This document shows positions 18,858 through 28,705 of a stretch of DNA of 64,000 bases, piece by piece. The notes under the pieces are model-generated. The model worked only from the letters and a program-made list of their open reading frames with translations. It made no database searches and had not been told where the DNA came from. Source of the DNA: an uncultured Candidatus Binatia bacterium (GTDB lineage Bacteria; Desulfobacterota; Binatia; UBA9968; JAJDTQ01); contig OZ243916.1 in NCBI GenBank assembly GCA_965213675.1, forward strand, positions 1,440,001 through 1,504,000, written 5' to 3'. The position numbers were made by a program, and so were the translations under genes. The first letter of the stretch is position 1. Each line of letters begins with the position of its first letter.

Positions 18858-20027
18858 CTACTCCACGATGCGGGGACCGAAGAGCGTCACCGCGTTGTCC
18901 CACAGGATCCTGCCCTTGGCTTCGGCCGGGATGGCCTGCGCGTCGAAGTCCGGCAGAGCCTTCTCCGGACGCGGCGCGTCCGGATGCGGATAGTCCGTGT
19001 TCCAGGCGATGTTCGCGCCGCCCAGGTGCTCCACCGCATAGGACAGCGCGCTCTCGTCGCTGTCGCAGGTCACCGTGATCTGGCGCTTGAAGTACTCGCT
19101 CGGCAGCATGGGCAGGCGCTCCACCGCGTTGCCCATGACGCTGTTGCGTCCGTGGGTATGCTCGTCCATGCGCCCGAGCCAGAACGGCACCCAGCCGACG
19201 TTGGACTCCAGGATGCCCAGTCGCAGCTTCGGAAAGCGCTCCAGGATGCCGGTGAAGATGAAATGCCCCATGGTGGCCATGTTGTCGCACGGGAAACCCA
19301 GTGCGTGGTCGAGGCCGCGCAGCGCGAGCTCCTGCATGTTGCGGTCGTCCACGTTGCCGCGGTTGCCGCCGGCAAACGGGTGGAACCGGCGCTGGCGGTA
19401 CTCGCCGTGCACGGAGATGGGGAAATCCAGCTCACATGCCAGATTCCACAGCGCGTCGTACTCGGGCTCGTGCAGCCACCGGCCCTCGGGCAGGAAGGGG
19501 TTGCGCACCGACACCGATCCCAACTCTTCCACCGCGCGCCGCGCCTCCGCCACCATGTCTCCGGTGTCCGCCCCCGGCAGCACCGCGACGAACTTGAGCC
19601 GCCTGGGATCGGCGTCGCAGTAGTCGCGGCACCAGTTGTTGTAGGCGCGGCACATGGCGGCCCCCAGCCTGGCGTCCTTCAGCGCCACGCGGTAGGCGAA
19701 GTTGCCGTTGTTGCCCGTAGGCAGCAGCACCTGCACGTCCCAGCCGTGGGCATCCATGTCCTTGAGACGGGTTTCCGCGGACCACCACGTGCGGTACTGC
19801 TCGCCGTATTTGGCTTCCATGTCCGCCCACGCGGTGCGCGGCAGCTTGGGCTGCTTCTCGGTCCTGGGGATGATGCGCCCGTCCGGCTCATAGACCATGA
19901 AGGCGCCGTCCATGAACGCCACCTTGGGCACCTGATCGCGGTAGGCGGGCTCGACGTATCGCTCCCAAAGGTACTGCGGCTCGTGCATGTGCGCGTCCGC
20001 GTCCATCACCTTGAAACCCTTCCACAT
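18858..20027 (-). CDS. Amidohydrolase_2 family metal-dependent hydrolase/decarboxylase
   Basis: DADAHMHEP, VHG, ERFPKLR...LES, TDYPHPD. Confidence 0.9.
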   Translation of the reverse strand: MWKGFKVMDADAHMHEPQYLWERYVEPAYRDQVPKVAFMDGAFMVYEPDGRIIPRTEKQPKLPRTAWADMEAKYGEQYRTWWSAETRLKDMDAHGWDVQVLLPTGNNGNFAYRVALKDARLGAAMCRAYNNWCRDYCDADPRRLKFVAVLPGADTGDMVAEARRAVEELGSVSVRNPFLPEGRWLHEPEYDALWNLACELDFPISVHGEYRQRRFHPFAGGNRGNVDDRNMQELALRGLDHALGFPCDNMATMGHFIFTGILERFPKLRLGILESNVGWVPFWLGRMDEHTHGRNSVMGNAVERLPMLPSEYFKRQITVTCDSDESALSYAVEHLGGANIAWNTDYPHPDAPRPEKALPDFDAQAIPAEAKGRILWDNAVTLFGPRIVE

Positions 20028-20099
20028 AGCGGCGCTCCCTTCGATGCGTGTCGGGTTACTATTCCCTGTTTCGTCGCCCTCTTCAACCAGCGGCGGCGC

Positions 20100-20128
20100 T
20101 TGACAGCCCCGCGTCCGTTCAATAGGGT
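20100..20128 (+). promoter_or_regulatory. Putative sigma70 promoter
   Basis: TTGACA-17 bp-TAGGGT, 10 nt before ATG 20139. Confidence 0.55.
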
Positions 20129-20138
20129 CGCGTGCGTC

Positions 20139-20807
20139 ATGACATCTCGGACATTCGTGGACTCGGTCATAGAGGAGATCATCCAGCCGGGCGTGGAGCG
20201 GCTGATGGCCTGCCGGTATTTTACGGACCTGCGCGAGGGCGCCTTGACCAGCCGCCGGCTTCAGGGCTTCGCGCTGCAGCACTACCTGCTCAACATCGCC
20301 ATCAACAAGGGGTTCACCTTGTGTATGGCCAAGAACGCCCACAACCAGGAACTCTTCGACCTCTACCTGCACGCGTTCACGGAAGAACAGACCCATCCCG
20401 ACCTGATGAAACGATTCGGCTTCGCCGTCGGCCTCACCCAGGAGGAATTCGACGAGGCCCTGCCGATCTTCGAATGCCAGGCTCACGCCGCCGCCATTCT
20501 CAGGGGCATGTTCCTGGGCTCACCCGCGGAGACCCGCACCAGCGCACTGGTGAACGAGAGCATGGTGGGCCGTTATGCGGCCGAATTCGACGCCTGCCTT
20601 GGGCCACGGTACGGCATCAACGACCATGACCGGGAGTTTTTCACCGTGCACGCGGTGGCGGACCAGGAGCACACCGCAGTGGCGGCTCAGGTCATCGCGC
20701 GCTTCTGCACCACCGAGCGCGACCGCCGGGTGGTGACCCACGCGGCGCGCAACATGGTACGCTTCAAGCTCGCCAAGTTCGAGGGGATCTACGACGAATA
20801 CGCCTGA
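20139..20807 (+). CDS. Heme-oxygenase-like diiron enzyme (TenA/PqqC/CADD superfamily)
   Basis: EEQTHPDL and FFTVHAVADQEH metal-ligand motifs; all-helical. Confidence 0.8.
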   Translation: MTSRTFVDSVIEEIIQPGVERLMACRYFTDLREGALTSRRLQGFALQHYLLNIAINKGFTLCMAKNAHNQELFDLYLHAFTEEQTHPDLMKRFGFAVGLTQEEFDEALPIFECQAHAAAILRGMFLGSPAETRTSALVNESMVGRYAAEFDACLGPRYGINDHDREFFTVHAVADQEHTAVAAQVIARFCTTERDRRVVTHAARNMVRFKLAKFEGIYDEYA

Positions 20808-20848
20808 CTCCGGCTGCCCACGTTGCGGCGGAGGCAACGCAACCCTGG

Positions 20849-20876
20849 TTGACGGCGGTTCGCGAGGCTCTATAAT
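20849..20876 (+). promoter_or_regulatory. Putative sigma70 promoter
   Basis: TTGACG-16 bp-TATAAT upstream of the LON-domain gene. Confidence 0.65.
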
Positions 20877-20899
20877 CGAAGGCAACAGGAGGGTTGCGC

Positions 20900-21586
20900 A
20901 TGGAAGACAAAACGGCGTCCGTCTCGTTGCCCGAAGTTCTCTCGGTGTTCCCGTTGACGGGGGTGTTGCTGCTGCCCGGCACACGGCTGCCGTTGCACAT
21001 CTTCGAGCCCCGCTACCGCAATCTGGTGCAGGACGCGCTGGAGGCCGAGGGCGTCTTCGGCATGATCCAGCCCTTCACCCCCCAAAGGGACAACATGCCC
21101 CGGCCGGGGGTGGATCACACCATTCCCGATCTCTACCAAGTCGGTTGCGCCGGCCACATCGAACGGTGGGAAAAGTCTCCCGACGGCCGCTACATGGTGC
21201 AGCTTCGCGGCATCAGCCGATTTCGCGTGAAGGAAGAGCTGTCCGTGGAACGCGGTTACCGGCGCGTGCTGCCGGACTACGGAAGTTTCGGCGACCTCGC
21301 AGAAGTCGCCTCCGAATCCATTGATCGTCCGCGCCTGACCCAAGCCCTGAGCCGCTATGCCGAGGCCCGCGGGCTCGCCGTCGATCTGGCACAACTCCAA
21401 CCCATACCCGACACCGACTTCGTGAACCTCCTGGGCGTCGCCATGCCATTCCATCCATCGGAGAAACAGGCGCTCCTGGAAGCCGGTTCCCTGAAAGAAC
21501 GGGAAGATTTGCTCGTCAGTCTACTGGAGTTTGGCGGAGACGCGCAGGCGACGCCGTCCGAGCCGGGGTCGCGCACGCTCAATTGA
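20900..21586 (+). CDS. LON peptidase substrate-binding domain protein
   Basis: VFPLTGVLLLPGTRLPLHIFEPRYR...EKQALLE. Confidence 0.9.
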   Translation: MEDKTASVSLPEVLSVFPLTGVLLLPGTRLPLHIFEPRYRNLVQDALEAEGVFGMIQPFTPQRDNMPRPGVDHTIPDLYQVGCAGHIERWEKSPDGRYMVQLRGISRFRVKEELSVERGYRRVLPDYGSFGDLAEVASESIDRPRLTQALSRYAEARGLAVDLAQLQPIPDTDFVNLLGVAMPFHPSEKQALLEAGSLKEREDLLVSLLEFGGDAQATPSEPGSRTLN

Positions 21587-21660
21587 AAAGACTCTGGCGA
21601 GGCTCCGTCTTAGACCGAAGAGCCCGAAAATCCTGACTCAGTGAGTCAGGATTCGACGAA

Positions 21661-22323
21661 TCAGGGATTCTGTTCGTGGGCCAGCTTGCGGGACACGGCC
21701 CCAAGCAGTTCCACGAACTCCCGCGCTTTGGCCACGAGGCCCGCGTGGCCCTCCCGCGCCAACACCTCCGCCAGGAACGCGCTGCCCAGCACGATGCCCG
21801 TGACCCCCAGGGTGGCGTATTCGGCAACGTTGTCCTGGTTGACGCCGCCCGAAACCATGAAGCGGGCGTCGGGGAAGGGACCGAGCATCTGCCGGATGAA
21901 ATGCGGTCCGCCTACGCAGTCCGCGGGAAAGATCTTCACAAGGTCGGCGCCGGCGCGCAATGCCTGCACGACCTCCGTCGGGGTCGCGGCGGCGGGGATG
22001 GAGGCAACGCCGGCCTCGCGGCAGAGCGGCACGAGGTCCAGTTCCAGGCTCGGCGAGACGATAAAACGCGCTCCCGCCTCAATGCCGGTGCGCGCCTGTT
22101 CCGCGGAAAGCACGGTGCCGGCGCCCACCAGCACCTCGCCTTCACCGGACAGCGTGCGGATTACCTCCGCGGCGCCGGGAACGGTGAACGTCACCTCCAC
22201 GAACCGGACCCCGGCCTCCGCCACCGCCCGGGCGGTGGCCAGCGCCTCTTCCGCGCTCTTCGAACGAATCACCGCCACCAGCCGATGGGCCTGCATGGCC
22301 GTCATCAACTCCGTCTTGGTCAT
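21661..22323 (-). CDS. eda: KDPG/KHG aldolase
   Basis: VEVTF, VGAGTVL, FIVSP, TPTE, VKIFPA. Confidence 0.88.
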   Translation of the reverse strand: MTKTELMTAMQAHRLVAVIRSKSAEEALATARAVAEAGVRFVEVTFTVPGAAEVIRTLSGEGEVLVGAGTVLSAEQARTGIEAGARFIVSPSLELDLVPLCREAGVASIPAAATPTEVVQALRAGADLVKIFPADCVGGPHFIRQMLGPFPDARFMVSGGVNQDNVAEYATLGVTGIVLGSAFLAEVLAREGHAGLVAKAREFVELLGAVSRKLAHEQNP

Positions 22324-22423
22324 GGTACGTCTCTCTCGTGCCTGTGAATATGCCCGCGAATGCACCGGCCGAAGGGACGGCGATTGCGAATGTTCGCGTT
22401 CGCGAATTCCTGCGGCGCAAACA

Positions 22424-23197
22424 CTAACTCAGGCTCAGGCCGCCGTCCACGAGCAGGGTCTGGCCGGTCACAAAGTCGCCGCCAGTGATGAGGCCCAACA
22501 CGGCGCCGGCCACCTCTTCGGGCCTGGCCACGCGCTTGAGGGGGTAGTTGGTCGAAGCGCGCTCGATGATGGCATCGTAGTCCGCACCGTAGTGGTCGCG
22601 CATCCACTGGGTGTCGGTGAAGGCCGGCGCCACGGCGTTGACCCGGATCTCGGGTCCCAAGGCCACGGCCAGTCCCCGGGTCAGGTAGATGAGGCCGGCC
22701 TTGGCGGTGCCGTAGGCCAGCGACGACATCGTCGACGGCGCGATCACGCCCGAGATGGAGGACACGTTGACGATCATGCCGCCGGTGGCTTTCAGGTGCG
22801 GCGCCGCCGCCCGCGCGCAACGGTACGCCCCCTTGACGTTGACGTCCAGGGTCATGTCCCAGATTTCGTCGGTCAACGCATCCATTTCGGTGATGGGCAC
22901 CCACCGGGTAATGCCGGCGTTGTTTACCAGTATGTCCAGGCGCCCGAACCGATCCACCGTCTGTCGCACCATTGCGCGGACATGGCTGTCGTCGCGAACG
23001 TCGCCATGCACGCACAACGCCTCCGCGCCCAACGCCTGCACTTCCTCCGCCAGACTCTCCGCGTGGTCCTTGGCCGAGCGGTAGTTGATGGTCACGCCGG
23101 CGGCGCCGGCGCGCGCCAGTTCCAGGGCGGTGGCCCGGCCGATGCCGGTGGCCGCACCGGTAACGAGCGCGATGCGTTCGGACAAAATCATGATCAC
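22424..23197 (-). CDS. Short-chain dehydrogenase/reductase
   Basis: TGAATGIG, NNAG, YGTAK, VDGG. Confidence 0.92.
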   Translation of the reverse strand: MIMILSERIALVTGAATGIGRATALELARAGAAGVTINYRSAKDHAESLAEEVQALGAEALCVHGDVRDDSHVRAMVRQTVDRFGRLDILVNNAGITRWVPITEMDALTDEIWDMTLDVNVKGAYRCARAAAPHLKATGGMIVNVSSISGVIAPSTMSSLAYGTAKAGLIYLTRGLAVALGPEIRVNAVAPAFTDTQWMRDHYGADYDAIIERASTNYPLKRVARPEEVAGAVLGLITGGDFVTGQTLLVDGGLSLS

Positions 23198-23343
23198 ACT
23201 TCACTTTCCTCGCCACACCCCTCCGGATTCTACCGGGTTGTGTCAAACCCGTGAGGCGCCGGCCTTGGCGGATGCCCCAATGTTGCAAAAAGGTTCGTGG
23301 AGAGCGATTCGAAACACGGCCTGTTTCGCGGAAACAACGTCCA

Positions 23344-25074
23344 TCAGGACACCGGGGTCCCCCGCCGCTCCCGCGTGGCCGCCTCGTCGATGACCCACTG
23401 CTCCGGCAGCCGCACCTTTTCTTCGGCCCCGCCGTTGAAGCGCACCACCACGCCGTAGTCCCGGGCCGCGGCCTCGGGCGTGATGTAGCCGTGGACCACG
23501 TCCGCGCGCACGCGCTCGGGATCGCGTTGCATGGGATCGCCGTAGCCGCCGCCGCCGGGGTGGTTCAGTTGCACGCTGCGGTCCCCGCCCAGATGGGTCT
23601 GGGCCTTGGGATTGGGGCGCTCGCCGCCGTCCAGGATGAATTCGCCGGGGAGGCCCGGACGGCCGCCCATGATGCCGGGTGCGGCGTAGCGGGTGCGGTC
23701 GAGGATGCCGTTGACGCTCCACTGGCCGTGGGCCCGGTTGGCGAATTCGGTGAACTGGCCGAGGCCGCCGCGCCAGGTGCCGGCGCCGCCGGAGTCCGCG
23801 CGCAGTTCGCGCCGGCGCATGACCAGCGGCGACAGGCTCTCGATGACCTCCGCGGGCACGCCGGCCACGCCGCTGGGAAAGCCCACCGCGCTCAGGCCGT
23901 CCTTGGTGGGCCGGGCGCCGGTGCCGCCCACCTGGAACACCGTCAGGTTGAACGCGGGGTCCTGACCGCGCCACACGCTAAGCCAGATGGGGTCGGCGCT
24001 GGGCGCCATGAGCTTGCCCGGCAGCGCCTTGGCCAGCGCTGTGAACACCGCGGTGGGAACGAAGTGGCCCACGGTCTGGCGCGCCGCCACCGGCGCCGGG
24101 TCGTTGGCGTTCAGAATGGAACCCGCGGGCGCGGTCACGTGCACCGGGCGGAAGCTGCCCTCGTTGTGGGGCACGTCGGGATAGATGGCGGCCTTGGCCG
24201 CGAAGCTGGCGTAGGCGTGGGTGTAGTTCATCACCACGTTGATCCCGCGGCGGCTCTGGGGTGAGGAGCCGGCGAAGTCGATGAAGATCTCGTCGCCGCG
24301 CACTTCCAGCCGCGTCCTGATGAGGATCGGCTCTTCGAACCCGTCGCTCCAGGTCTCCCCTTCCCACGCGCCGTCCTCCAGCGCGGCGATGGCCGCGCGC
24401 ACCGCCTTCTCCGAACGGCTGATGATCTCCCCGGCCACCGGGTCGAAGCTGTCCAGGCCGAACTCGTCCATGGTCTCCACCAGCGCCCGGCCGCCAGCGT
24501 CGTTGCACGCCGACTGGGCGTAGAAGTCGCTCACCACCTCGTGGGGCAGGCGCACGTTGGCGCGGATCATCTTGAGCAGGATGGGGTCGGGCTCGCCCCC
24601 GTGGAAGAGCTTCATGATGGGGATGCGCAGCCCTTCCTCGTAGACCTCCCGCGCCTCCGCGGAAAGGATGCGCCCGCCGATGTCCGCGGCGTGGCAGGTG
24701 TTGGCGAAGAACGCCACCAGCCGGCCGCGGCGAAAGATGGGCGTGGTGATGGTGATGTCGTTCACGTGCCCGGCGGTTTGCCACGGGTCGTTGGTGATGA
24801 GCACGTCTCCGTCCACCAGGGTGTCGGCCGGGAACTCCCGCAGGAAGTGCCCCATGGACGTGGCCATGGCGTTGATGTGGCCGGGGGTGCCGCTCACCGA
24901 CTGGGCCACCATGCGGCCCTGGGTGTCGAACAGGCCGCAGGCCAGGTCCTGGCTTTCGCGCACGATGGTGCTGAAGGCCGTGCGCATGAGCGCGTCCTGC
25001 TGCTCGTTGGCCACCGACAGGAGCCGGTTCCAGATGACTTCGAGGGTGACGGGATCGATGGCGGTTTGCGTCAT
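23344..25074 (-). CDS. Hydantoinase B/oxoprolinase family protein
   Basis: DPVTLEV, RTAFSTIVRES, TNDPW...GHVND, DSGGAG, GGGGYGDP. Confidence 0.92.
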   Translation of the reverse strand: MTQTAIDPVTLEVIWNRLLSVANEQQDALMRTAFSTIVRESQDLACGLFDTQGRMVAQSVSGTPGHINAMATSMGHFLREFPADTLVDGDVLITNDPWQTAGHVNDITITTPIFRRGRLVAFFANTCHAADIGGRILSAEAREVYEEGLRIPIMKLFHGGEPDPILLKMIRANVRLPHEVVSDFYAQSACNDAGGRALVETMDEFGLDSFDPVAGEIISRSEKAVRAAIAALEDGAWEGETWSDGFEEPILIRTRLEVRGDEIFIDFAGSSPQSRRGINVVMNYTHAYASFAAKAAIYPDVPHNEGSFRPVHVTAPAGSILNANDPAPVAARQTVGHFVPTAVFTALAKALPGKLMAPSADPIWLSVWRGQDPAFNLTVFQVGGTGARPTKDGLSAVGFPSGVAGVPAEVIESLSPLVMRRRELRADSGGAGTWRGGLGQFTEFANRAHGQWSVNGILDRTRYAAPGIMGGRPGLPGEFILDGGERPNPKAQTHLGGDRSVQLNHPGGGGYGDPMQRDPERVRADVVHGYITPEAAARDYGVVVRFNGGAEEKVRLPEQWVIDEAATRERRGTPVS

Positions 25075-25193
25075 GGGTGCGTCCATTGTCCGATGTGCAT
25101 GGGTCCGATATGCATGGCGCGGCTCCTGGCGAGGCGTGTTGCAGGAGTCGGTTGGATCCGGTGCGGTGGATTCCGTAGGGACGTTCGGCGCGC

Positions 25194-27269
25194 CTATTCG
25201 TAGTCGAATTCCACGACCACGTTCAGATGGTCGTCCACCCGGGCGCGCGCGCGCGCCGTCACCACCAGGGTGGACTCCCGTTCCTCCACGATGGCGGGGC
25301 CCGGGAAGGTCATGCCCGGCGTGAGCGCGTAGCGGTCGTACACCGCGGTGTCCACGAATGCGCCGCGCCGCGCGGAGTACACTGGGCGCGTGCCCTTTTG
25401 CGCGTCGCTGCCGGCCACGCGCCCTCGCGGCGTCGAGGAGTTGAGCGGCTGCTCCGGTCCGCGCGCCACCACGCGCCAGTTGATCACTTCCACCACCACG
25501 TCCGGCACGGTGCGCCCGTACATCTGTTCGTAGGTGCGTTCGAAGGCCGCGTTGATGGCCTCCAGATGAGTCGCGTCGAGCACTCCGTCCGGGATGGGCA
25601 CGGACACCTCGTGGCCCTGGCCGGTATAGCGCATGTCCGCGGTGCGCTCGTAGACGATGTCGTGCGGCGCCAGCCCCGACTGCTCCAGGATGGCGCGCCC
25701 CTCGGCGCACATGTCGTCGAACATGCCGTTGACAAAGTCCCAGTCCAACTCGTCCAGCAGGCTGTAGGCGCTGCGCACGAAGTCGAAGGCCAGCGGAGCC
25801 GCCAGCAGGCCGAAGGTGGAACCCACCCCCGCGCCCATGGGCGAGATCAACGCGGGCAGACGCAACAGCTCGGCCACGTGGCAGCCGTGCACCGGACCGG
25901 CCCCGCCGAAGGCGTACATGGGCAGCTCCCGCGGGTCCTTGCCGCGCTCTCCCAGATGCGCGCGGGCGGCGTTGGCCATGTTCTCGTTGACGATCTGGTG
26001 GATGCCCCAGGCCACCTCCTCCACGCGCATGCCGAGCCGGGTGGCGAGTTCGCCCAAGGCTTGGCGCGCCGCTTCCACGTCGAGCTTCATCTCGCCGCCC
26101 AGGAAGTAGTCGGGATCGAAGTAGCCCAGGATCAGGTTGGCGTCGGTGACGGCGGCGCCCGTGCCGCCTCGGCCGTAGCACGCGGGACCGGGCTCGGCTC
26201 CAGCGCTGTCCGGGCCCACCTTCAAGAGCCCGAGCGCGTCCACCCGCGCGATGCTGCCGCCGCCGGCGCCGATCTCGATCATGTCGATGACCGGGATCTT
26301 GATGGGCAGGCCGCTGCCCTTGCGGAAACGGTACACCCGGTCCACCTCGAACTCCCGCGCCTTGAGCGGATTGCCGTTTTCCACCGCGCACAGCTTGGCG
26401 GTGGTGCCGCCCATGTCAAAGGAGAGGAGGTCGGGATAGCCCGCGCGCTGACCGAGGGCGGCCGCCGCCAGCGCGCCCGCCGCCGGCCCGGACTCCAGCA
26501 TGCGCACGGGGAAGCGCGCCGCGGTCTCCGGCGTGCCGATGCCGCCGCTGGAGAGCATGACGAAGAAACTGCCGCGGAAACCCAGGCCGTCCAGCCGCTG
26601 CTGCAGCTCCTGCAGATAGGCGGCCACGCGCTCCTGCACGTACACGTTGGCGGCGGTGGTGCTGGTGCGCTGAAACTCGCGGATCTCGGGCACCACGTCC
26701 GCGCTCACGGACACGCGGATGTCCGGGGCCACCTCCGCGATGAGCTCCCGGGTGCGGTGCTCGTGGGCCGGGTTGCGGAAGCTGTTGAGATAACACACGG
26801 CGATGGCGCGCACGCCCTTGTCCCGAAGCTCCGCCACCAGACCGCGCACGTAACCCTCGTCCAGCGGCGCGAGCACGGCGCCGTCCGCAGCCACGCGCTC
26901 GGGCACGTCGAAGCGCAGGTAGCGCGGCACCAGCGGCCGGGGAAGTTCCAGGTCGAGGTCGTACAGCTCGTAGCGGTGCTCGCGGCCGATCTCCAGGGCG
27001 TCACGGAAGCCCGCGGTGGTGAGCAACGCGGTGAGCGCGCCCTTGCGCTCGATCAGGGCGTTGGTGACCAGCGTGGTGCCGTGCACCACCGTTCCCTGAC
27101 CGCCCCGGTCCACGATGCCGGTCTCCAGCCCCTCGCGCAGGGCGGTTTCCACGGCCACGCTCGGGTCGCCGTGGGTGGTCAGGGTCTTGCCGATGAAGGA
27201 CGTGCCGTCCTCCGCCACAAGAAGCAGATCGGTGAAGGTTCCGCCGATGTCAACGCCGACGCGATACAT
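25194..27269 (-). CDS. Hydantoinase A/oxoprolinase family protein
   Basis: VDIGGTFTD, HGTT, ESGPAAG, DMGGTT, GAGGGS, FGGAG. Confidence 0.93.
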   Translation of the reverse strand: MYRVGVDIGGTFTDLLLVAEDGTSFIGKTLTTHGDPSVAVETALREGLETGIVDRGGQGTVVHGTTLVTNALIERKGALTALLTTAGFRDALEIGREHRYELYDLDLELPRPLVPRYLRFDVPERVAADGAVLAPLDEGYVRGLVAELRDKGVRAIAVCYLNSFRNPAHEHRTRELIAEVAPDIRVSVSADVVPEIREFQRTSTTAANVYVQERVAAYLQELQQRLDGLGFRGSFFVMLSSGGIGTPETAARFPVRMLESGPAAGALAAAALGQRAGYPDLLSFDMGGTTAKLCAVENGNPLKAREFEVDRVYRFRKGSGLPIKIPVIDMIEIGAGGGSIARVDALGLLKVGPDSAGAEPGPACYGRGGTGAAVTDANLILGYFDPDYFLGGEMKLDVEAARQALGELATRLGMRVEEVAWGIHQIVNENMANAARAHLGERGKDPRELPMYAFGGAGPVHGCHVAELLRLPALISPMGAGVGSTFGLLAAPLAFDFVRSAYSLLDELDWDFVNGMFDDMCAEGRAILEQSGLAPHDIVYERTADMRYTGQGHEVSVPIPDGVLDATHLEAINAAFERTYEQMYGRTVPDVVVEVINWRVVARGPEQPLNSSTPRGRVAGSDAQKGTRPVYSARRGAFVDTAVYDRYALTPGMTFPGPAIVEERESTLVVTARARARVDDHLNVVVEFDYE

Positions 27270-27407
27270 GGGTCACCGTCGTTGTGAATGAATCTGCATA
27301 GAACCGCCGCGAACAGGTTCGCAGAGCCGGGCGCGCCCGTCCCGCATGGCCGCATCGCGTCTTCGCGGAGCGGTCCAACGGCGGGGCGGGCGGATTCGAG
27401 TGCGCCC

Positions 27408-28412
27408 CTACTGGGCGAACAAGTCCATCAGGGCATCGGTCTGGTCCGCCGCCGCCGGCCGCAGCAGCGGGATCTTGACGCCCGCGTCGCGGTACTGCTG
27501 CACCCGCGCCTTGACTTCGTCGGGGGTGCCGCTGGCGGTCATGCCTTCCACGTAGGAATCCGGAATGGCCTTGATGAGCGCTTCCATGCCGCCTTCGGCG
27601 TGGGCCTTCTCGAACGTGGGGATGTCTTCCTCGTGGATATAGGGCTCGCCCACCTTCATCTTGGGGCGGGCGATGAAGGGGAGCTGGACGGGATCGAGCT
27701 TGGTGGCCACCTCCCAGCGAATGGCGTCCAGAGCCTTCTGATGGTCGTCGGCGATGGAGCAGTTGATCAACTGCGCCACCTCGAATTTGGAGAAATCGCG
27801 GCCCGCCTCTTCCGCGGCGTCCTTGATGATCTTCAGGGCGTTGGCGGTGTATTCGGGCGAGCACACCGCGTTCAGCACCACGCCGTCGCCGATCTGGCCG
27901 GCGAGCCTCAGGCCCGGGCGCGCGGTGGCCGGGATGTAGAGGGGAATGTTGTCGCGCAAGGGCTTCCAGCCGATGCCCACGTTCTTGAACTTGACGAACT
28001 GGCCGTCATAATCCACCTTTTCGCCAGTGAACAGCAGGCGCATGGACTCGATGTATTCCCTGAGCACTTGAGGGGGATTCTGGTGCTCCATGGCGTGGAC
28101 CCGGGCATGGCTTCGGGTGCAGGCGCCCGGCGCCAGCGTGACGCGACCGCCGGTCAACTCGTCCAGCGTCATCAGCGACTGCGCCATGCAGATGGGCGTG
28201 CGCAGGCGCACGATCTGGGTGGCTCCCAACGTGACCTTGGAAGTGGCCAGGCCCATGGCCGCGAGGGCCGAGACGGAATCGCGCATCAGCTCGATGGTCT
28301 CGGAGAAGAAACCCATCTCGAAACCCCGCTCCTCCGCGCGCCGCATGAGATCGGCGATCTCCCGGACATCGGTGAACTTCCCGTAACCCAGTGCGAAACC
28401 GACTCTGGCCAT
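27408..28412 (-). CDS. LLM-class flavin/F420-dependent oxidoreductase
   Basis: AEERGF, TLDELTGGR, LRLAGQIGDG, SGTPDEV. Confidence 0.88.
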   Translation of the reverse strand: MARVGFALGYGKFTDVREIADLMRRAEERGFEMGFFSETIELMRDSVSALAAMGLATSKVTLGATQIVRLRTPICMAQSLMTLDELTGGRVTLAPGACTRSHARVHAMEHQNPPQVLREYIESMRLLFTGEKVDYDGQFVKFKNVGIGWKPLRDNIPLYIPATARPGLRLAGQIGDGVVLNAVCSPEYTANALKIIKDAAEEAGRDFSKFEVAQLINCSIADDHQKALDAIRWEVATKLDPVQLPFIARPKMKVGEPYIHEEDIPTFEKAHAEGGMEALIKAIPDSYVEGMTASGTPDEVKARVQQYRDAGVKIPLLRPAAADQTDALMDLFAQ

Positions 28413-28584
28413 GACCTCTCCTGACTGTTTGAACGCAACCGCTCACGATGTTCGGGGCCGGTGAGCGCGCCCGTGCGGCAAAGGCGGTAGCCCGCCACCG
28501 ACGACCCGGTGGTCCTGCGCTTCGAGCTCCGGTGGATTCCGAGGAAAGCCGGCGGGTGTTGCGGTGTGCCTGAAGAAAACAGGT

Positions 28585-28613
28585 TATGTATCCGACGGGT
28601 TGCGGTTCGTCAA
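28585..28613 (-). promoter_or_regulatory. Putative sigma70 promoter for the LLM-hydantoinase genes
   Basis: Minus strand TTGACG-17 bp-TACATA. Confidence 0.4.
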
Positions 28614-28705
28614 GGAGTTCCGGGGGTCGCCCGCCGGCAGCGCTGAACGCGACACGGACAGCCGCCGTTGCGGCGCACCGTTGGATTGCGTAAGCTCGGC
28701 TGACG

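Noticed and set aside
17148-20138. 1219-aa plus-strand ORF
   Set aside because: Antisense shadow of two real minus-strand genes; only the last 222 aa (from 20139) look like a real protein
25075-26391. N-terminal extension making a 1015-aa hydantoinase B
   Set aside because: Alternative frame overlapping hydantoinase A; family similarity begins at about 25074
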